The notes under the pieces are model-generated. The model was not told the origin of the DNA and did not search any database. It saw only the letters and a list, made by a program, of their open reading frames with translations. A program made the position numbers and the translations under genes. From NCBI GenBank assembly GCA_031551625.1, contig JAVBNJ010000030.1:1592-65591 (forward strand): 64,000 bases of DNA. The letters are read 5' to 3'. Positions 63,056 to 64,000 of this stretch are shown here, in pieces. Every line of letters starts with the position of its first letter. The first letter of the stretch is position 1. This stretch comes from Bacteroidales bacterium (GTDB lineage Bacteria; Bacteroidota; Bacteroidia; Bacteroidales; UBA932).

Positions 63056-64000
63056 ATGGACACACAAAACAACACTTCTCAACCTTCTGCCTGGTCGAAA
63101 ATTACGGGCAGCATTACATTTAAAGCCGTTTCTATCGGTGTACTTATTCTACTCCTGTTGATTCCTATTGGTTTGGTGCAAAGCCTGATTTGGGAACGCG
63201 AAGAAGCCAGCAATTCGGTAGTGCGTGAAGTAAGTTCGAAATGGGGCGATGCGCAAACGCTTACGGGACCTATTATTTGCGTACCTTACACGTATACTTA
63301 CCTGAGCGAGGTCGATAAAAAAGGCAAAACCGAAGAACTGGTTGCGCAGGAGTATGCTTATTTCTTGTCCGAGGAATTGGGTATTAAGGCTGTTATGACG
63401 CCCGAAATCCTGCACCGGAGTATTTACGACGTAGTTGTTTATCAGGCTAAAATTCATGTCGAAGGGCGTTTCAAGCAGCCCGATTTCGGACAATTGGACG
63501 CTAAACCATTGACGATCGACTGGGCGAACACCCGCATGTTTATTGGTGTTTCGGACATGCGCGGTATCCGCAATAAAATGCAATTTAACTGGAACGGCGA
63601 TATGTGCGAAACGATTCCGGGAATCGAAGGATCCTCCCTTCTTCGCTCGGGTGTTACGGTAAAACTGCCGCTGCAAGCCGCTGTTAAGGATACGGAATAT
63701 GCGTTTAATTGCGAGTTGTTACTCAATGGCAGTGGGAATTTATCGTTCTCGCCGGTGGGAAAGACTACAAAAGTGGAACTGTCGTCGCCTTGGAGTTCGC
63801 CTAACTTCGATGGCGCTTTTTTGCCCGACAATCGACAAATTTCAACTGCCGGTTTTACGGCTGATTGGAGCGTATTCAACTACAACCGCAATTTCCCGCA
63901 AGCGTGGGCAGGCGATAACAACGAGTTGCATTCGGCCGATTTTAGTACAAAGTTGATTTCGCCTGTTGATCACTATCAAAAATCAATGCGTGCCGTAAAA
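63056..64000 (+). CDS. creD: cell envelope integrity protein CreD (3-prime part outside the window)
   Basis: Open frame from ATG 63056 to the window end. WEREEASNSVV.EV..KWG..QTLTGPII.VPY and SSPWSSPNFDGAFLPDNRQISTAGFTADW are typical of CreD. It is not in the ORF track because it has no stop in the window. Confidence 0.8.
   Translation, partial: MDTQNNTSQPSAWSKITGSITFKAVSIGVLILLLLIPIGLVQSLIWEREEASNSVVREVSSKWGDAQTLTGPIICVPYTYTYLSEVDKKGKTEELVAQEYAYFLSEELGIKAVMTPEILHRSIYDVVVYQAKIHVEGRFKQPDFGQLDAKPLTIDWANTRMFIGVSDMRGIRNKMQFNWNGDMCETIPGIEGSSLLRSGVTVKLPLQAAVKDTEYAFNCELLLNGSGNLSFSPVGKTTKVELSSPWSSPNFDGAFLPDNRQISTAGFTADWSVFNYNRNFPQAWAGDNNELHSADFSTKLISPVDHYQKSMRAVK

Overview
Chromosomal segment of a Bacteroidota (Bacteroidales-like) genome. 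The assignment rests on TAnnTTTG -7 promoter boxes in front of most genes, T9SS C-terminal sorting domains, a BACON domain, a CarboxypepD_reg-type TonB-dependent receptor and LytS/LytTR and TPR-LuxR regulators.

Housekeeping genes: rpsF-rpsR-rplI, nadA, ruvB, a purine nucleoside phosphorylase plus mtaD-like deaminase, mscL, sdhA/sdhB, hflX, tRNA-Ala(GGC), mdh, ybeY, mnmG, ade and creD.

Accessory content:
- A roughly 15.8 kb minus-strand operon (30177-45967) with two giant T9SS cargo proteins (2153 and 2034 aa). Each is followed by a paralogous small beta-barrel OMP, and a BACON lipoprotein closes the operon. A TPR-LuxR regulator is transcribed divergently.
- Two paralogous surface-protein genes with C-type-lectin-like C-termini (24123-25154 and 54124-56187). 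Each is preceded by a homologous ~400-nt structured leader whose helices covary. I consider this the best candidate for something undescribed.
- Three divergent lipocalin-like lipoprotein paralogs next to a TonB-dependent receptor that has no SusD partner.
- An AbiEii-type nucleotidyltransferase module inserted into the 3-prime end of ybeY, with that gene end duplicated.
- A Fic protein.
- An M28 peptidase / ARPP-1(DUF6569) / YkuD_2 operon.

Lesions in core genes: an in-frame TAA in sdhA, no sdhC upstream of sdhA, and an in-frame TGA in ade.

The AT-rich 590-bp spacer upstream of mnmG carries clustered DnaA-box-like 9-mers and lies near a gene-orientation switch, so it is a candidate oriC.

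Several families of short repeats sit directly 3-prime of stop codons. GTTCCACGTGGAAC palindromes and cgcaatgacg-type inverted-repeat elements surround and invade mnmG.

I saw no rRNA, CRISPR array, transposase or integrase. All coordinates outside the ORF track were counted by hand and may be off by 1-2 nt.
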